Below the pieces are notes generated by a model. The model saw only the letters and a program-made list of their open reading frames with translations, ran no database searches and was not told the DNA's origin. Shown one piece after another: positions 23,866-37,209 of a stretch of DNA of 64,000 nt (positions within the stretch are counted from its first letter, which is position 1; each line of letters opens with the position of its first letter). The translations under genes and the position numbers were made by a program. The DNA is taken from the NCBI RefSeq assembly GCF_006345805.1, contig NW_021834787.1:1-64000 (forward strand), written 5' to 3'. Source of the stretch: Octopus sinensis. Lineage: Eukaryota.

Positions 23866-24271
23866 TTTTTGTAATAGTAATTGCGAGGAATCCCGCTCGA
23901 ATTGCAAGAAACAAATATGTGTATGTGTGTGTGTGTATGTTTGTGTGTGTGTATGTGTGTGTGTGTGTGGGGGGGGGTATGGTTGTGTGTGTGTGTGTGC
24001 ACTTAAAATAGAGGTTGAATTACGCTGCTTCGTGTCATTAAAGCGTATATGTGTTCGCACATGTTAAATTGCGGTTGCACTTGCCTCTAATGGCACAACT
24101 AATTATAAGAGACATTATTTCATGCGAATGTATAATAAATGGTATTAATTGTTGTTTAAGCCTTTACACGATTGCTAACTTTTTAGGCTGTTTCCAGCAG
24201 ATGAAGTTGCTTCCTTTCAGTGCCAAGTTATTTTATTAACAGGCCATACCTGCTAAGCGATTTTCAAACGA

Positions 24272-24783
24272 CTAGCCGTGAATCCGCGCTTCAGGCGGAA
24301 TTCAGCCTAGCTCCAGCGAAGGGCACCTTTGAAGCTTTCGACCCTATACCCTTGGGTAACGAAACTTAATTCTGCAAATGTGCTAAGCACTGTTGCTGAT
24401 CATTGTTTAATCAATAAGCGTAAGAGCGACGTAAATGCAGTGAAAATAGGGGTGGTCAGTGGGGCCCCATTTAAACGGCCCTTCAGAAATTGAACTTCCT
24501 TACGATAGTGCCTGGGAGTTCATGGTATGAAATTCCTTGTCATTGCTCCGATTTGGTCGCCAGTGTCATTTATTTAGTTTAAAAATGCAGTAAAAATAGG
24601 TGGGGCAGTAGGGCCCCAATTAGGGGTCCTGAAAAAATAGACCTCCCCCTCCCTTAGGACATTCCCTGGGATTAGGGGAGTTGCTGGTTTGAGTTTCGTT
24701 GTCTTTGCACTAACGGTCTAAGAAGAGTTAATGAACATAAAAACATGATGGACAAAGAAACATCACTCAGATTTATAGTAAGA
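24272..24783 (-). mobile_element. Non-autonomous Helitron
   Basis: Minus strand: A|TCTTACTATAAAT 5' end; GAATTCCGC..GCGGATTC hairpin, then CTAG|T 3' end at 24272. Confidence 0.7.
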
Positions 24784-24999
24784 TTAGGAGACAGTATTTT
24801 CATCGACATTGTTTCGGAGCTCCGTGTTACAACAGAGCTATGAAAGATTTTGCTTGGTGGTCTGGTTAAGTCTTGGCGTTTAGCGAAAGATTATGGCTAG
24901 CCATTCTCCATCAAGACATTTCGGAATTGTAAGGTGTTTGGTCGTTTTGTTTCTTACTTCGCTGCATTTACTGTGAATCTCATTTCCAATATAGGCTCT

Positions 25000-25420
25000 G
25001 ATGAAGGCAGCAAGCGCAGAATCGTTAGCGCACCGGGCAAAATGCTTAGCGGCAGTTCGTCAGTCTTTACGATCTGTCTTCAAATTCCAGCGAGGTTAAC
25101 TTTGCCTTTCATCCTTTCGGGATCGATAAAATAAGTACCAATTGAACCCTGGGGTCGATGGAATTGACTTACCCTCCTTCGAACTTGCTAGCTTTCTGCC
25201 AATTTGAAACCAATATTTAAGGCGCCGAGCTTGGCCGAATCATTAGTACGCCAGGCAAAATGCTTATCGGCATTTCGTCTGACTTCACGTTCTGAGCTCA
25301 AATTCTACCGAGGCTGACTTTACCCTTCATCCTTTCCGGATCGATAAAATAAGTACCGATGTAATCGATTTAACCTCCCCCACGAAATTGCTGGCTTTGT
25401 GCCAAAATTTGAAACCAAAT
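25000..25420 (+). mobile_element. Two co-oriented Meta-domain-like SINEs
   Basis: Two aatcgttagc..aaaatgctt..ttcaaattc..ctttcatcctttc..gataaaataagtacc units. Confidence 0.7.
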
Positions 25421-25816
25421 ATGAGGATGTCGTGCACATACCTGGTGGAAAAAGTGCATGAGTGATAAGTGTTAAGTGTCCGTTGTCCTAACCAGTCGTT
25501 GTATGTGATGGCTAACAGGCGGGAAAAGTTTGATCACATCAGCAGTCTAGAGATTCATTTGTAGCTTGAACGCTATTTCCCTACACACCTGTGTCTCAGC
25601 TATCAGCCGATTCAACACATTGTCTCCTCTCAAAACTTTAACTGCTTTAAGATCACAGTTCCAGATGATAGCCATGTACTCATAGCTACTTTAATGGACA
25701 ACACCTTTTTTAGTTCGAAGGGTCCATTTACAAACGAATCGTTTGCTTGTAAATGAACACCTCGACAAAACATACCATGTTTGCCAATGCACATACAAAT
25801 ATATACATGTATATAT

Positions 25817-26117
25817 AGGCGCAATGGCATAGTGGTTAAGGCAGCGGACTCGCGGTCGTAGGATCGCGGTTTCGATTCCCAGACCGGGCGTTGTGAGTGT
25901 TTATTGAGCGAAAACACCTAAAGCTCCGCGAGTCCCCGGCAGGGGGTAGTGGCGATCCCTGGTGTACTCTTTCGCCACAACTTTCTCTCACTCTTTCTTC
26001 TGTTGGCCGGCTCGCTTAGCCAGCGGGGTGGCGTCATTTGAAGGCTAAAACAATGCGAAGCGCATTGTGACCAGCGATGTGTAGCAACAGCTGATAGCCT
26101 GGTCGGTCACGGTGATA
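25817..26117 (+). mobile_element. tRNA-derived SINE (family C)
   Basis: A box TGGCATAGTGG, B box GTTTCGATTCC; ends at (TA)n. Confidence 0.7.
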
Positions 26118-26156
26118 TGATATATATATATATATATATATGTATAAATATATATA

Positions 26157-26209
<53 letters not shown>

Positions 26210-26853
26210 ATATATATATATGTAAATATATATATATATCAATATATATATATATATAAATATATATATATATGTATATATAAATATATATATATATATA
26301 TATACTCACATTAACACGCGCGCGCGCACGCACACACACACATGTAAATATAGATAGTCACACGTAATGCCTTTTTAAGTGGGACTCCTTGCCGTCTTTA
26401 AGTTGTTTATTCAAGCGATTCGAGAGTTTTATTTTTCATCTTATAAGGACTTTCCGGTCTTTGGGAATAACGCCTTTAAGCATACATTGGCCTTTTTTTT
26501 TCTCTGGGACAAATTAATACATATGGCTTGCATTATTGACGTAAATTCTCGAAGTTTCCTGTCACTATCCTGCATTAAGAGACTTTCGGGACAATTTGGT
26601 TCCGGGATCTTATTTCGGACCGATTTCAAGTCAGTTTGTAGAAGTTCAGGCCGGATAGGGTTCCGGTACTTCCTGTTTGATATGCAACCCTAATTAGTTT
26701 TGGACTATGCATTATTGGCTTTATTAAAATTTTGGGGTCACCCCTTCACATTGTGGATAAGACCCATGTTATTATCCATCCATCAATCCATCCATCCATT
26801 TCTCTTCACCCGCTTCTAAGAGAATTGTGGGGGTCGTTGGCGTCGAGTCCTTA

Positions 26854-27241
26854 GGCACTTCATTAATAGGGTCCTATCAGAAGCAACCACCATTAAGCTT
26901 TTTCGGTAGGATTCCCAATCGTGACCAACTGAGATTACAGATATCATTCAACATTTATGTTCTTGGTCTTAAAAGGTAAAGTTACCTTCTCGAGTCGTAC
27001 CGCCTCATAAAGGCCAGTTTCCCGGTTTTCATGGCGTACGAATTCGCTTGGCACTTCATCAATAGGGTCCTATCAGAAGCAACCATCATTAAGCTTTTTC
27101 GGTGAGATTCCCAATCGTGACCTACTGAGATTACAGATATCAGTCAACATTTATGTTCTTGGTCTTAAAAGGTAAAGTTACCTTCTCGAGTCGTACCGCC
27201 TCATAAAGGCCAGTTTCCCGGTTTTTATGGCGTACAAATTC
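26854..27241 (+). repeat. 196-bp tandem duplication
   Basis: ggcacttcat..aatagggtcctatcagaagc starts at 26854 and 27050; the second copy runs into the 3' end of a minus-strand SINE (5' end ~27421). Confidence 0.9.
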
Positions 27242-27859
27242 TCCATCTAGATGGGAAACCGGGCCGTCACGGGATTACTCATTTCTGCCAGCTGAGCGTA
27301 CAGGAGCAATGTGGAACAAAGTGTTTTGCTCATGAACACAACGCATCGTCCGGTCCGGGAATCGAAACCACAATCTTACGATCATGAGTCCAACACCCTA
27401 ACCACTAAGACATGCGCCTCCACAGTGTTCTTGGTCTAGCCCTAGGTCTCCTGCTGATTGGCTTAGCTTGAAGAATCCGTCATGTGGTTCTTCCTTGCGA
27501 CATTCTAATCACATGTTCGTAAAGCGGTTCGACCTGGTCTCCGAGTTACGTTCCTTGTCGAATAACGTTATCCTGTATGATAAATGAATTAAAAGTCCAA
27601 GATATTGTTGTTACTAGTTGAGTATACTATTATTTGCTTCATGAACATCTTTTCAGTGAGATCAAGTCATGGTTTGACATTTTTACGATTATGCTGCCGT
27701 CGGGCCATTTGAGGTCGAGGAATTTATAGTTCCCTACAGGAGTAAATTAAGGCTTTGGTCTAGTTTCGTTAATGATTCTTTATCATTCAAAGATTTTATT
27801 CAAATTTACCATTGTAATTTGAGGCTTCAAGTGATCGATATGATATAGATATTGCCAGT

Positions 27860-28130
27860 GAAGGAGCGTGGCTTAGTGATTAGGATATCCGACTCACTAT
27901 CGGAAGGTTGTGAGTTTTATTCGCAGCAGTGCGCTGTGTCCTTCAATAGGACTCTGTATTTCCCGTTACTCCCCTCCTGAGTAGTACCTGTAATTCAAAT
28001 GACCATACTGTGTCGCGCTGGATTTTCCTGAGAGCTACGTTTAGGGTTACGCGTGTCTGCGGAGTGCTCAGCCACCTGCACGTTAATTTCACTAGCAGGC
28101 TGTTCGGTTGACCGACGGAGTGCCAGTTAT
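27860..28130 (+). mobile_element. SINE family B, degenerate
   Basis: gcgtggcttagtg head; body matches 39-358. Confidence 0.65.
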
Positions 28131-28639
28131 TTCTTACATATTGATTTCAAATGTTGGCACGAGGCCAACAGAACAGCTTGCCGCCTTAAAGCTCTAAAAA
28201 TAATATTGGAAAGAAACATCATTAACCCATTAACTTCAATGGAAGGACATATAAATTGATTAAAGGAACAGCCATGGGGACAAGGATGGTACCCTCTTAT
28301 GAAAATCTAGTAATGGATAAGGGAATGTGGTTCAAAACAAACGTCACAACCGTTTAGTAACAAACTACATTACTTATTTTGTTAGCCTATTCCTTGGTTT
28401 TCTATTTCTTTCTCCACTCTTGAAAACGAAATTCTCTGACCTTAAATTTGGCTCAAAATAATCTTCATGACCTCTCAAGTAACAAACGACATTTTCAATT
28501 ATTTTCCTCTTTAACTTAGCCTTTTTCCTCTTGATGTTTCTTTTCTTTGAGTTCTTTTTTCCTTCTTTCTCTTCTTTCTTTTCCTTCCATTCACAATAGC
28601 TTTCCTAGTATTATACACAACCAAAACCATTTTCTCCTT

Positions 28640-29491
28640 TTGTATACATGTTTGTATGTATGTATGTATGTATTTATGTATGTATGTATGTATGTATGTA
28701 TGTATGTATGTATGTATGTATGTATGTATGTATGTATGTATGTATGCATGTATGTATGTATGTATGTATGTATGTATGCATGTATGGAAGTATGTATGTA
28801 TATATGTATGAATATATGTATATATGTATATATATATGTATGTATGCATGCATGCATGTGTGTATGTATGCATGCATGCATGCATGCATGCATGCATGCA
28901 TGCATGTATGTATGTATGTATGTATGTATGTATGTATGCATGCATGCATGCATGTATGTATGCATGTATGTATATATTATGTATACATGCATGCTTGCAT
29001 GTATGCATGTATATGTATGTATGTATGCATGCATGCATGCATGTATATATGTATGCATGTATGTAAGTATACCCTTTATATATGTGGGGGAGTATATATA
29101 TACGTGTTTGTATTTGTGTATGTGTGGTATCCCCTTTTTCTTACCCAATGTATGCGTATGTAGGTACGTGTGTATTTGTGTGCGTGAGTGTGTGTGTATG
29201 TGTGTGTGTGCGCGCGCGCGTTTGTGTGTGTGTGTGTGTATGTGTGTGTGTGTGCGCGCGCGCGCGTTTGTGTGTGTTTGTGTGTGTGTGTGTGAACGCC
29301 TGTATATTTATGTATCACTGGTCAGAAATTCACTTAACATAAAATATTGGTTGAAAACGAGTTCTTATTGCCGCCTGGCTTTAATGTCGTTGTTCAGTGA
29401 AAAGAAATTTTTTTCAACTAGCAATAAAAGTCTGTGATCACCCGCTTCTAAAGGCAGAGACAAAGACTGGCTCTCTAGCGCAAGACATCTA

Positions 29492-29529
<38 letters not shown>

Positions 29530-30120
29530 AGAAAAATAAGCAGCGTCTGTCCTTCAGAAAATTCAGACATTCTACACATCTCTGTATAGAAATAAAAACA
29601 ATGCAGAAAAGATGCCCCCAGCTTCTGGCTTATTTTTCTCTATCATTATTAATATTTCCCGCTGTATACTTACAATGCCACTTACTCATACGTACTTACG
29701 CACGTACAGACATACATACGTACATGCATGCATACATACATACATGCATGCACACATACATACATACATACATACATACATACATACATACATACATACA
29801 TACATACATACATACATACATACATACATACATACATACATGCATACATGCATACATACACACATACATACATACATATATACATACATACATACATACA
29901 TACATACATACATACATACATACATACATGCATACATGCATACATACATACATACATACATATATACATGCATACATACATGCATACATGCATACATACA
30001 CACATACATACATACATACATACATGCATGCATGCATACATACATACATACATACATACATACATACATACATACATACATACATACATACATACATGCA
30101 TGCATGTATGCATACACACT
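28640..30120. repeat. (TATG/CATG)n (28640-29065) and opposite-sense (CATA)n (29700-30120) microsatellites
   Basis: Directly visible. Confidence 0.9.
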
Positions 30121-30526
30121 GCCTATATAGCAATCTTGAGAAATTAGGCTTCTCAAAACTAGAAAGGAGAAAGCTCATTCGAATATTACAGATCGAAGTC
30201 ATCTGTGGAACTGTAAAGATCTGCAAAACTTTCCAGAAGTTTTTCATTTAAGTATATATGAGCATGTTTGGACATGTAACTTGATCGATCTGTCTCTGAA
30301 CCAGGATTTTAATTTCATTTGATACATACTTTGCTATCATTTAAATGGGGAATTGCAAACATGGCCAAAGGAGGGTAGCACTTTTTACCTTTTGACACTT
30401 TAGTTTCGTTTTCCGTTTTTCGTTTTCCGTTGTTTACTGGTTGGGTTTTCTATATGCTACCTTCTCAGCTTCATCGTGTTTCTTCTATTCAGTCAATTTT
30501 TATAGTTCGTTATAATATGGGGTTTA

Positions 30527-30577
30527 CGCCTGAAGAATATGTTCGAGTTCTCTCAGCATATGAATCTATTAGTAGCG
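30527..30577 (+). ncRNA. Type I hammerhead motif one substitution from canonical
   Basis: CGC-CTGAAGA-ATATG..CATAT-GAAT-CTATTAG-TA-GCG; GAAA changed to GAAT. Confidence 0.55.
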
Positions 30578-30630
30578 CTTTAATACATGCATTGTGACCT
30601 TTAAATAACAACAACAACAACAACAATAAC

Positions 30631-30705
<75 letters not shown>

Positions 30706-30722
30706 TATAATATATATATGTA

Positions 30723-30916
30723 TAGGCAGAAACAAGGGAAATGACACTTGTATTTGAATACTATGCAAATATTCTTTTAAAAAAAGTTTTTTTCAATTTT
30801 TCCAAAATTTAACTGTTTTTCATACTTACAGTTGAAAAAGTCTCAATGACTGAAACCGGTACTGAAATGTTTTTCATAAAATTACTTTAGTATTTTCTAA
30901 CTTGACTTTTTTCCAA
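30723..30916 (+). mobile_element. Solo pLTR of the Neptune-like PLE family
   Basis: Collinear with the 3' end (42885-43080, minus) of the PLE at 42.9-45.4 kb; lies between (TAA)/(TA) tracts. Confidence 0.75.
30826..30867 (+). ncRNA. Variant hammerhead with U3:A8 core (UUGAAAA)
   Basis: TTACAG-TTGAAAA-AGTC(tcaat)GACT-GAAACCGGTA-CTGAAA. Confidence 0.7.
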
Positions 30917-31031
30917 TATATATATATATATATAAGTCCGCAAAATTTAGATTCAGATGAATATGGTACTTAAGTTAAAGGCACCAGAATTTAGTATGGT
31001 ATTATCCATATAAATCAAATGAGTGATTATA

Positions 31032-31360
31032 ATCAAAATAACCAACAAAGATATCCAAGGTAGTGTAGTACAATTGTTTCTTGCTACTTCATTTTATTAA
31101 ACACTGTAAGTATTACATCAGTTTTAAAATGTAGAATATTTCAATTATTGAACTGATAATGCATATTCTTATACATTTGCCAGTTTTACAAAGAGGGTAG
31201 ATATATAAGAATATGCATTATCAGTTTAATTGAAAAATACTATATGTGGCTGAAGATTGCTCGACATTTTAAAACTGATGTAAAACAGTGTTTAATAAAA
31301 TGAAGTAGCATGAAACAATTGTACTACACTACCTTGGATATCTTTGTTGCTTATTTTGAT
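31032..31360. repeat. ~330-bp imperfect foldback
   Basis: atcaaaataaccaacaaagatatccaaggtagtgtagtacaattg... pairs with ...caattgtactacactaccttggatatctttgttgcttattttgat; inner arms ctgataatgcatattcttata / tataagaatatgcattatcag. Confidence 0.85.
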
Positions 31361-31380
31361 ATATATATATAGATAGATAT

Positions 31381-31546
31381 AGGCGTAGGAGTGGCTATGT
31401 GGTAAGTAACTTGCTTGTCAACCACATTGTTCCGGGTTCAGTCCCACTGCATGGTACCTTGAGCAAGTGTCTTCTACTATAGCCTCGGGCAGACCAAAGC
31501 CTTGTGAGTGGATTTGGTAGACGGAAACTGCAAGAAGCCCGTCGTA

Positions 31547-31547
<1 letters not shown>
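31381..31547 (+). mobile_element. SINE family A, 5' half
   Basis: aggcgtaggagtggctatgtggtaag head. Confidence 0.8.
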
Positions 31548-31584
<37 letters not shown>

Positions 31585-31680
31585 GGAGTAAAAACATAAA
31601 TGTGAAACAAGGTGGAAAAAAGAGTACTCAAATACCAGTGGTAGAGTAATATGCTTTTTTAAGCAGCAGAGAAAATTCAA

Positions 31681-31730
31681 CAAAATCTGTTACTCTGAGT
31701 TTCTCGTTGCCGTTCATCAGACAGTTTTGC
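31681..31730 (-). ncRNA. Type I hammerhead in the PLE 3' pLTR
   Basis: CTGT-CTGATGA-ACG(GCAA)CGA-GAAA-CTCAGAG-TA-ACAG; A.A mismatch at the base of stem II. Confidence 0.6.
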
Positions 31731-32799
31731 TAGAATGGAACCGATATATCAATTCAATCTAGACTCTTACAAACGCTACACCTTTAAAAAGAAATGGACT
31801 TGTTTGATTGGCCCTTTAGAAAAAAACGGTCAATCTTCGAGCGATAAACAAAAAGGTCAAAAATATATGTATATATATATATATATATAAAAAAAACTTA
31901 TAAAAAATTATAAAATCCGAGGAAAAAACCTTACATTGAATAAAATACATATTGACGTTAATGAAGAAAGTATAAATTAATTCATAGAAATTAAACCTGT
32001 TATAAATATTACACTGCAATACATATTTTTATTAAAATGTGCATATATATATCAACATACACAAAAGGATGCGCGCAAACGCCATACATATACAGACGTA
32101 TGAATATAAATCTAAATATACACATAAATGCATGTGTACATATATTCACGCAAACCATCTCGCACGCAAGTTAAAAATCATGTATGTAGCGATTCTCATA
32201 TACTGAGTAAGGGGGGGGGACGAAAAAAAGGAAGAGAGAGAAAAAGGAACGAAGGAGGGGGTGGGAAAAAAAAACCAATAAGAAAAAATTATGTATACAA
32301 GCTGTGTAACGGCATTATTGGCATATATGGAGACAAGTATACAAACAAGTTCGAATGGATACATACACATACAGTCGTGTATATGTGTGCTTAAGCACAA
32401 ACATACTCTCACTTACACATACACAGATACGCATGCTTACAAATACATATCCTCGGCTATACACATACTTACATCAACATTCTAATTTTGACAACATTGC
32501 TTTTTTTAAAAAAACATTGCTTTTTTTTAAAAGAATGGGTGCATTAATAAAAATATATACGAAAGACATATAAAATAAAATATAACACCCTATTTTGGAT
32601 CATTTATAAATAATCAAGGTAATATAAATAATCAAGGTAATCCTATACAATACAATAACATGAAAACAAATTCGAAGGTTTTTCCTGATGTATATGTAGA
32701 AACATAAGACTTTGCTATACGGATTAAGATCCGCATAGCTTGGAAACAAAATCCATCGTAGCGCTCATCGTTCAAGAGTCAAAATCAAAATTTCAAAAA

Positions 32800-34471
32800 T
32801 CAAAAATACAAAATATATACTCTATCCATATGGTATATATTATATTCGACATTTTAAATTTAGCCGCGTGCCTACATAAGTTCATTAGATACTTCTTTGA
32901 TTCAAAGAATATTGTCTTTGCATAAGATGTACATTTTTTCTAATAGACAAAGTTTGCACTTGAAATTATTTTTGTATGCTCCATGCCTGTATGGTGCCGC
33001 CCTGTCCAGAATGCTCCATGTCACGTTGAAAGGTGGGGCTCCTTTTCTTTTAGTTCCCAGACATATTTTGCTAGGCTGGTCCTCTTCCTATTCTCTGGGT
33101 ATTTAAATGAATTTTTATGAGAATAAAATCTTGTTTTAAATGGATTTTCTGAAGCCCCTGTGTGTCTTATATTCTGATGAGCCTTCCACTTGCACCTTGG
33201 CTCTATAAACTACTCCTTTCACTAGACATTTCCCTTCTAACGACGGGGAGCTTTCGTTTTTGAAATTGTTTCTTAATGGGCTCGGCACCATGGTCTAATC
33301 TCAATTAGCTTCCTCTTATGTTGGCTAATGTAAGAGGCGAAATTTCTGCAACAAGAATAGCTAACCTTCAGGGTTCTTCTATTAAATATCCTATAGAATT
33401 TATGACCCTGCTTAAAATGCTTAGAGACTAATCTCAAAAATTCCATACCTATATTAGTCTTTACGGCCAATTGAAAGCCGGGTTGAACCACAAAACTTTC
33501 CTGGTCCTAGTTCTTCGTGCAGCATTATTATCAGCATTAAGCTGGTTGAACTGGATCTTCTCAGAGAATCCACTATTCTTTAATGCGCTATCGTAATAAG
33601 GTGCAGCATTATGGAATGCTGCCTCGTCCGAAGAAATTGAAGATATTCTTCTACCTACATTGCTGACTAAGTTCCTAAGGATAACTGGTGGATGGTTCGA
33701 ATCTTTGCTAATATACGATAGCTTTTCATTGGGCTTACGGAAAGGTTTAAATCTATCCGATCTTACATTAAAATTTACGTCTAAAAAATCTACACTATTC
33801 AGGTTAGCATCTATCGTAACCCGTAAGCCCATCCTTTGAAAGAAAGCTATGAGGTCCTTCCTAAGTCTATCTGATTCATGGCCGTTTAGATTATGCGTGG
33901 CTATAAGGCCGTCATCCCTATATAAACCTGCATCTATAAAAGGGAATTCTATTTTAGATTATGGAGAATAAAGGCTCCTATGAGCATCCATAACTCAGCC
34001 CCGTCGTATGCCCCCATCGGTACATCGAAAAGAGAATCCTCAGTCTTCTAATCCAGGTGGAATCCTCGAAAAAAAGAAGCGATTCCTCGCATGCATAATA
34101 ATATCAATTTCCGAGCTATCGATGTTGACATACTGCTTGGCGAAGTCCAATGCCCTTAGGAGCAACGTCCTAGATATTGACGGGTAAAAGTCAATAATGT
34201 CGAATTGTGTGAAACTACAATTATTCTTATAGCTAATACCTTTAAACCACTCTATGACTGACTTACTATTCTTCCAAATTCTCAAGTCTACTTCACTATC
34301 TAACTTAACTAAAATACGATCCAAAATATTTTTGCTAATAATTCCTATCTCAGTTTTAGCCGGATTTATCAATCTACATTTGGGGTTTCTACTAAAATTG
34401 GCTTTATGGTCTTTCAGAGTAATAAAAGCTGGTCGTGGTGAAAGATATTCAATCCTATCGCTAATCTTAAG
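32800..34471 (-). pseudogene. PLE RT plus GIY-YIG-type endonuclease, frameshifted
   Basis: AFITLKDHK, CRLINPAK, FDIIDFYPSI, MGAYDGAE, GLYRDDGL, WFNP, KVSYSC, GKCLVKGVVY..FKTRFYSHKNSF..CKLCLLEK..CRH. Confidence 0.9.
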
Positions 34472-34614
34472 ATACATATATTTTTGACCTTTTTGTTTAT
34501 CGCTCGAAGATTTACCGTTTTTTTCTAAAGGGCCAATCAAACAAGTCCATTTCTTTTTAAAGGTGTAGCGTTTGTAAGAGTCTAGATTGAATTGATATAT
34601 CGGTTCCATTCTAG

Positions 34615-34664
34615 CAAAAACTGTCTGATGAACGGCAACGAGAAACTCAGAGTAACAGATTTTG
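34615..34664 (+). ncRNA. Same hammerhead in the inverted pLTR copy
   Basis: CTGATGA 34625-31, GAAA 34642-45, GTA 34652-54. Confidence 0.6.
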
Positions 34665-34691
34665 TTGAATTTTCTGGTGCTTAAAATAAAG

Positions 34692-34731
<40 letters not shown>

Positions 34732-34903
34732 GGTGTGTGTGTTTGTGTGTTTGCGTTTGTCCCCCCAACATCGCTTGACAACCGATGATGGTGTGTTTAC
34801 GTACCCGTAACTTAGCGGTTCCCCACCATGGCCACAGTCACATGACTGAAACAGTAGTAAAGAGTAAAAGAGAGTAAAATAGTATATATATATATATAGA
34901 TAT

Positions 34904-34950
<47 letters not shown>

Positions 34951-35033
34951 TATATGTATATGTATGTATATATATATATATATAGATATGCAAATAAAAT
35001 ATGATATAATATAATAGATATATATATATATGT

Positions 35034-35156
<123 letters not shown>

Positions 35157-35479
35157 TATAGATTACATACACAATACATTCACGCTCAAGGTTTGTTACA
35201 TTCGCGTATGCATTCATGCATACACGTAAATTTCATACTCACACACACACACACACATGCTACATATTTAAGAAATCATAAAATAAAATTCTCTTTAAAA
35301 AATAATCTCTCTTCTCGGGTTTCAGAAATTCCTCAGTTTTTAGGTTATCATTAATATCATAAAGCATTCTATTATTGGTTCCATTTACGAAGGAGTTGCA
35401 GCAAACGTTAGAGGGTACCACATTATAGAGAATACAAGACACATAATAGAGTATAAAGCAGTGTTTAGCAACCTATTTT

Positions 35480-35660
35480 CGGCCAGGCCCCGTTATGTTT
35501 TGAGTTCAAATTCTGACATGGTCGACTTTGCCTTTCATCCTTTCGGGGTCGATTAAATAAGTACCAGTTACGCACTGGGGTTGATCTAATCGACTTAATC
35601 CCTGTTTGTCCTTGTTTGTCTCCTCTGTGTTTAGCCCCCTGTGGGCAATAAAGAAATAAA
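35480..35660 (+). mobile_element. Meta-domain-like SINE, 3' part
   Basis: gtcgactttgcctttcatcctttcggggtcga core plus 3' gtgtttagcccc..aaagaaata. Confidence 0.75.
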
Positions 35661-37130
35661 TATTTTTTCATGCTAAATCAAATGACAATGAAAGTATCGA
35701 AACAGAGGATTGGGTGTTGAAATGAACGAATTTATCTGACAAGCCAAGCTATGAAAAGGAAGTAAATTGCATTGTGTCAATATCTGTGTGTGGGTGATAG
35801 GTGATTGGTTAGATTGGTAACGAAAGGTAAGTTCGTGTCTTGCAATGAGACGGAATGTCTAAAAACTTTCACTCTTTTAACTTCGAATTGAACACAAAAG
35901 CAAAATGACCGATGCACTGAGTGACGTTACAATAACAGAGAAAGTCCTTGAACTTAGACACTTTTTCTATGTTTTGTTGCTACTGTTAAAGTCTGACTAA
36001 GCTCATTGTTGATGTTACATACCTTGATTCTTGTCATTTTTGTTGATGTAGTTGTTGTTGTTGTTGTTGCTGTTGTTGGCGTTTTCTTTTCTTTTTTTTC
36101 CAGTAGCTTTTGTATATCTTTCATTTATCGTTCGTTTCCTATTGCTACTATAATAATACCTTCAGTATTATTATAAAATATGTCGGATTATATTGTTGTT
36201 ATCTTATAAAACATGGTACGTGTATAGACATGCACAGGCGAATGACAGACATACAAAGAGAAATATCACGTTCTATAAACAGATGAATGATTATCTGGTT
36301 CTCTCTCTCTCTCTCTCGCTCCCACGCACACAATCTCTCTTTGAGTACTCAAATCCAATCACGATCAAATATGGTGCGATTTGTGAATTTAGTGTTTTCA
36401 ACCGATGGACTGCAGTCATACCGGAGCCCCACCGTATAAAAGAAGAGGTACGCCCGCAGAAAGACTTGAACCTGCGATTCTCAGATCGCTAATTCAATAA
36501 GCCTTGGAGGCCTGATATTCTATCGACTGAGCTATGAAAGTGGACATGTGCAACTAACCCTACAATAACTTATTCTGGATTTCACCATAACGGATTCCTT
36601 CTAGAAAGGGACAAAGAAGTAGAGTGAGTGAGTGACAGAAGAGGGTGGGGAACAGAAAAGGAGAGAAAGGGAGAAAGAGAGAGAGGGAGAGAGAGAATCG
36701 ATCTACTGTCTGACTGGTACTTTATTTATCGACTCCAAAACGACGAAAGTCAAAGGTCTTCAGCGCGATTTGACAACGCAGCTCGGACATATACGCATGC
36801 ACACACACATTCTCCTTTAAGGTGAAGTGTGTGAAAATACATTGGGCTGTGAAAGCATTTCTGTGTTTTTGCACCTCGTCAGCTACGCACACAAATTCTG
36901 TATTTCACACTCCTGTACGAACAATTCGATATTAGAACAGGAAGCCGCGCGTTTGGTGATGTGTGTAAAGCTCGGTCAAGCTAGAATTGAATATTGTCAC
37001 GCTAAGCATCGTCCCGCATTTTCTCTTATATTTACCAGACATTTCTTTCATAGATTCTTTTCCTTAATTCTACTGTTGCGTTGAAGCTAACAGCTTGTCT
37101 TCACTACCGATGCGGGCAGAACTGATGTGG

Positions 37131-37175
<45 letters not shown>

Positions 37176-37176
37176 T

Positions 37177-37207
<31 letters not shown>

Positions 37208-37209
<2 letters not shown>

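Larger units (their letters stand above)
31583..34690 (-). mobile_element. Penelope-like element (KDHK-type RT, C-terminal GIY-YIG), 5'-truncated with inverted pLTR
   Basis: 31657-31872 and 34472-34687 are inverted copies; both outer ends lie in (TA)n; ~1.2-kb 3'UTR. Confidence 0.85.

Noticed and set aside
26380-26700. Short ORFs on both strands in non-repetitive sequence
   Set aside because: No recognisable domain, upstream stops, no clear splice signals
34472-34771. Apparent N-terminal extension of the PLE ORF
   Set aside because: It is the antisense strand of the inverted pLTR plus microsatellite
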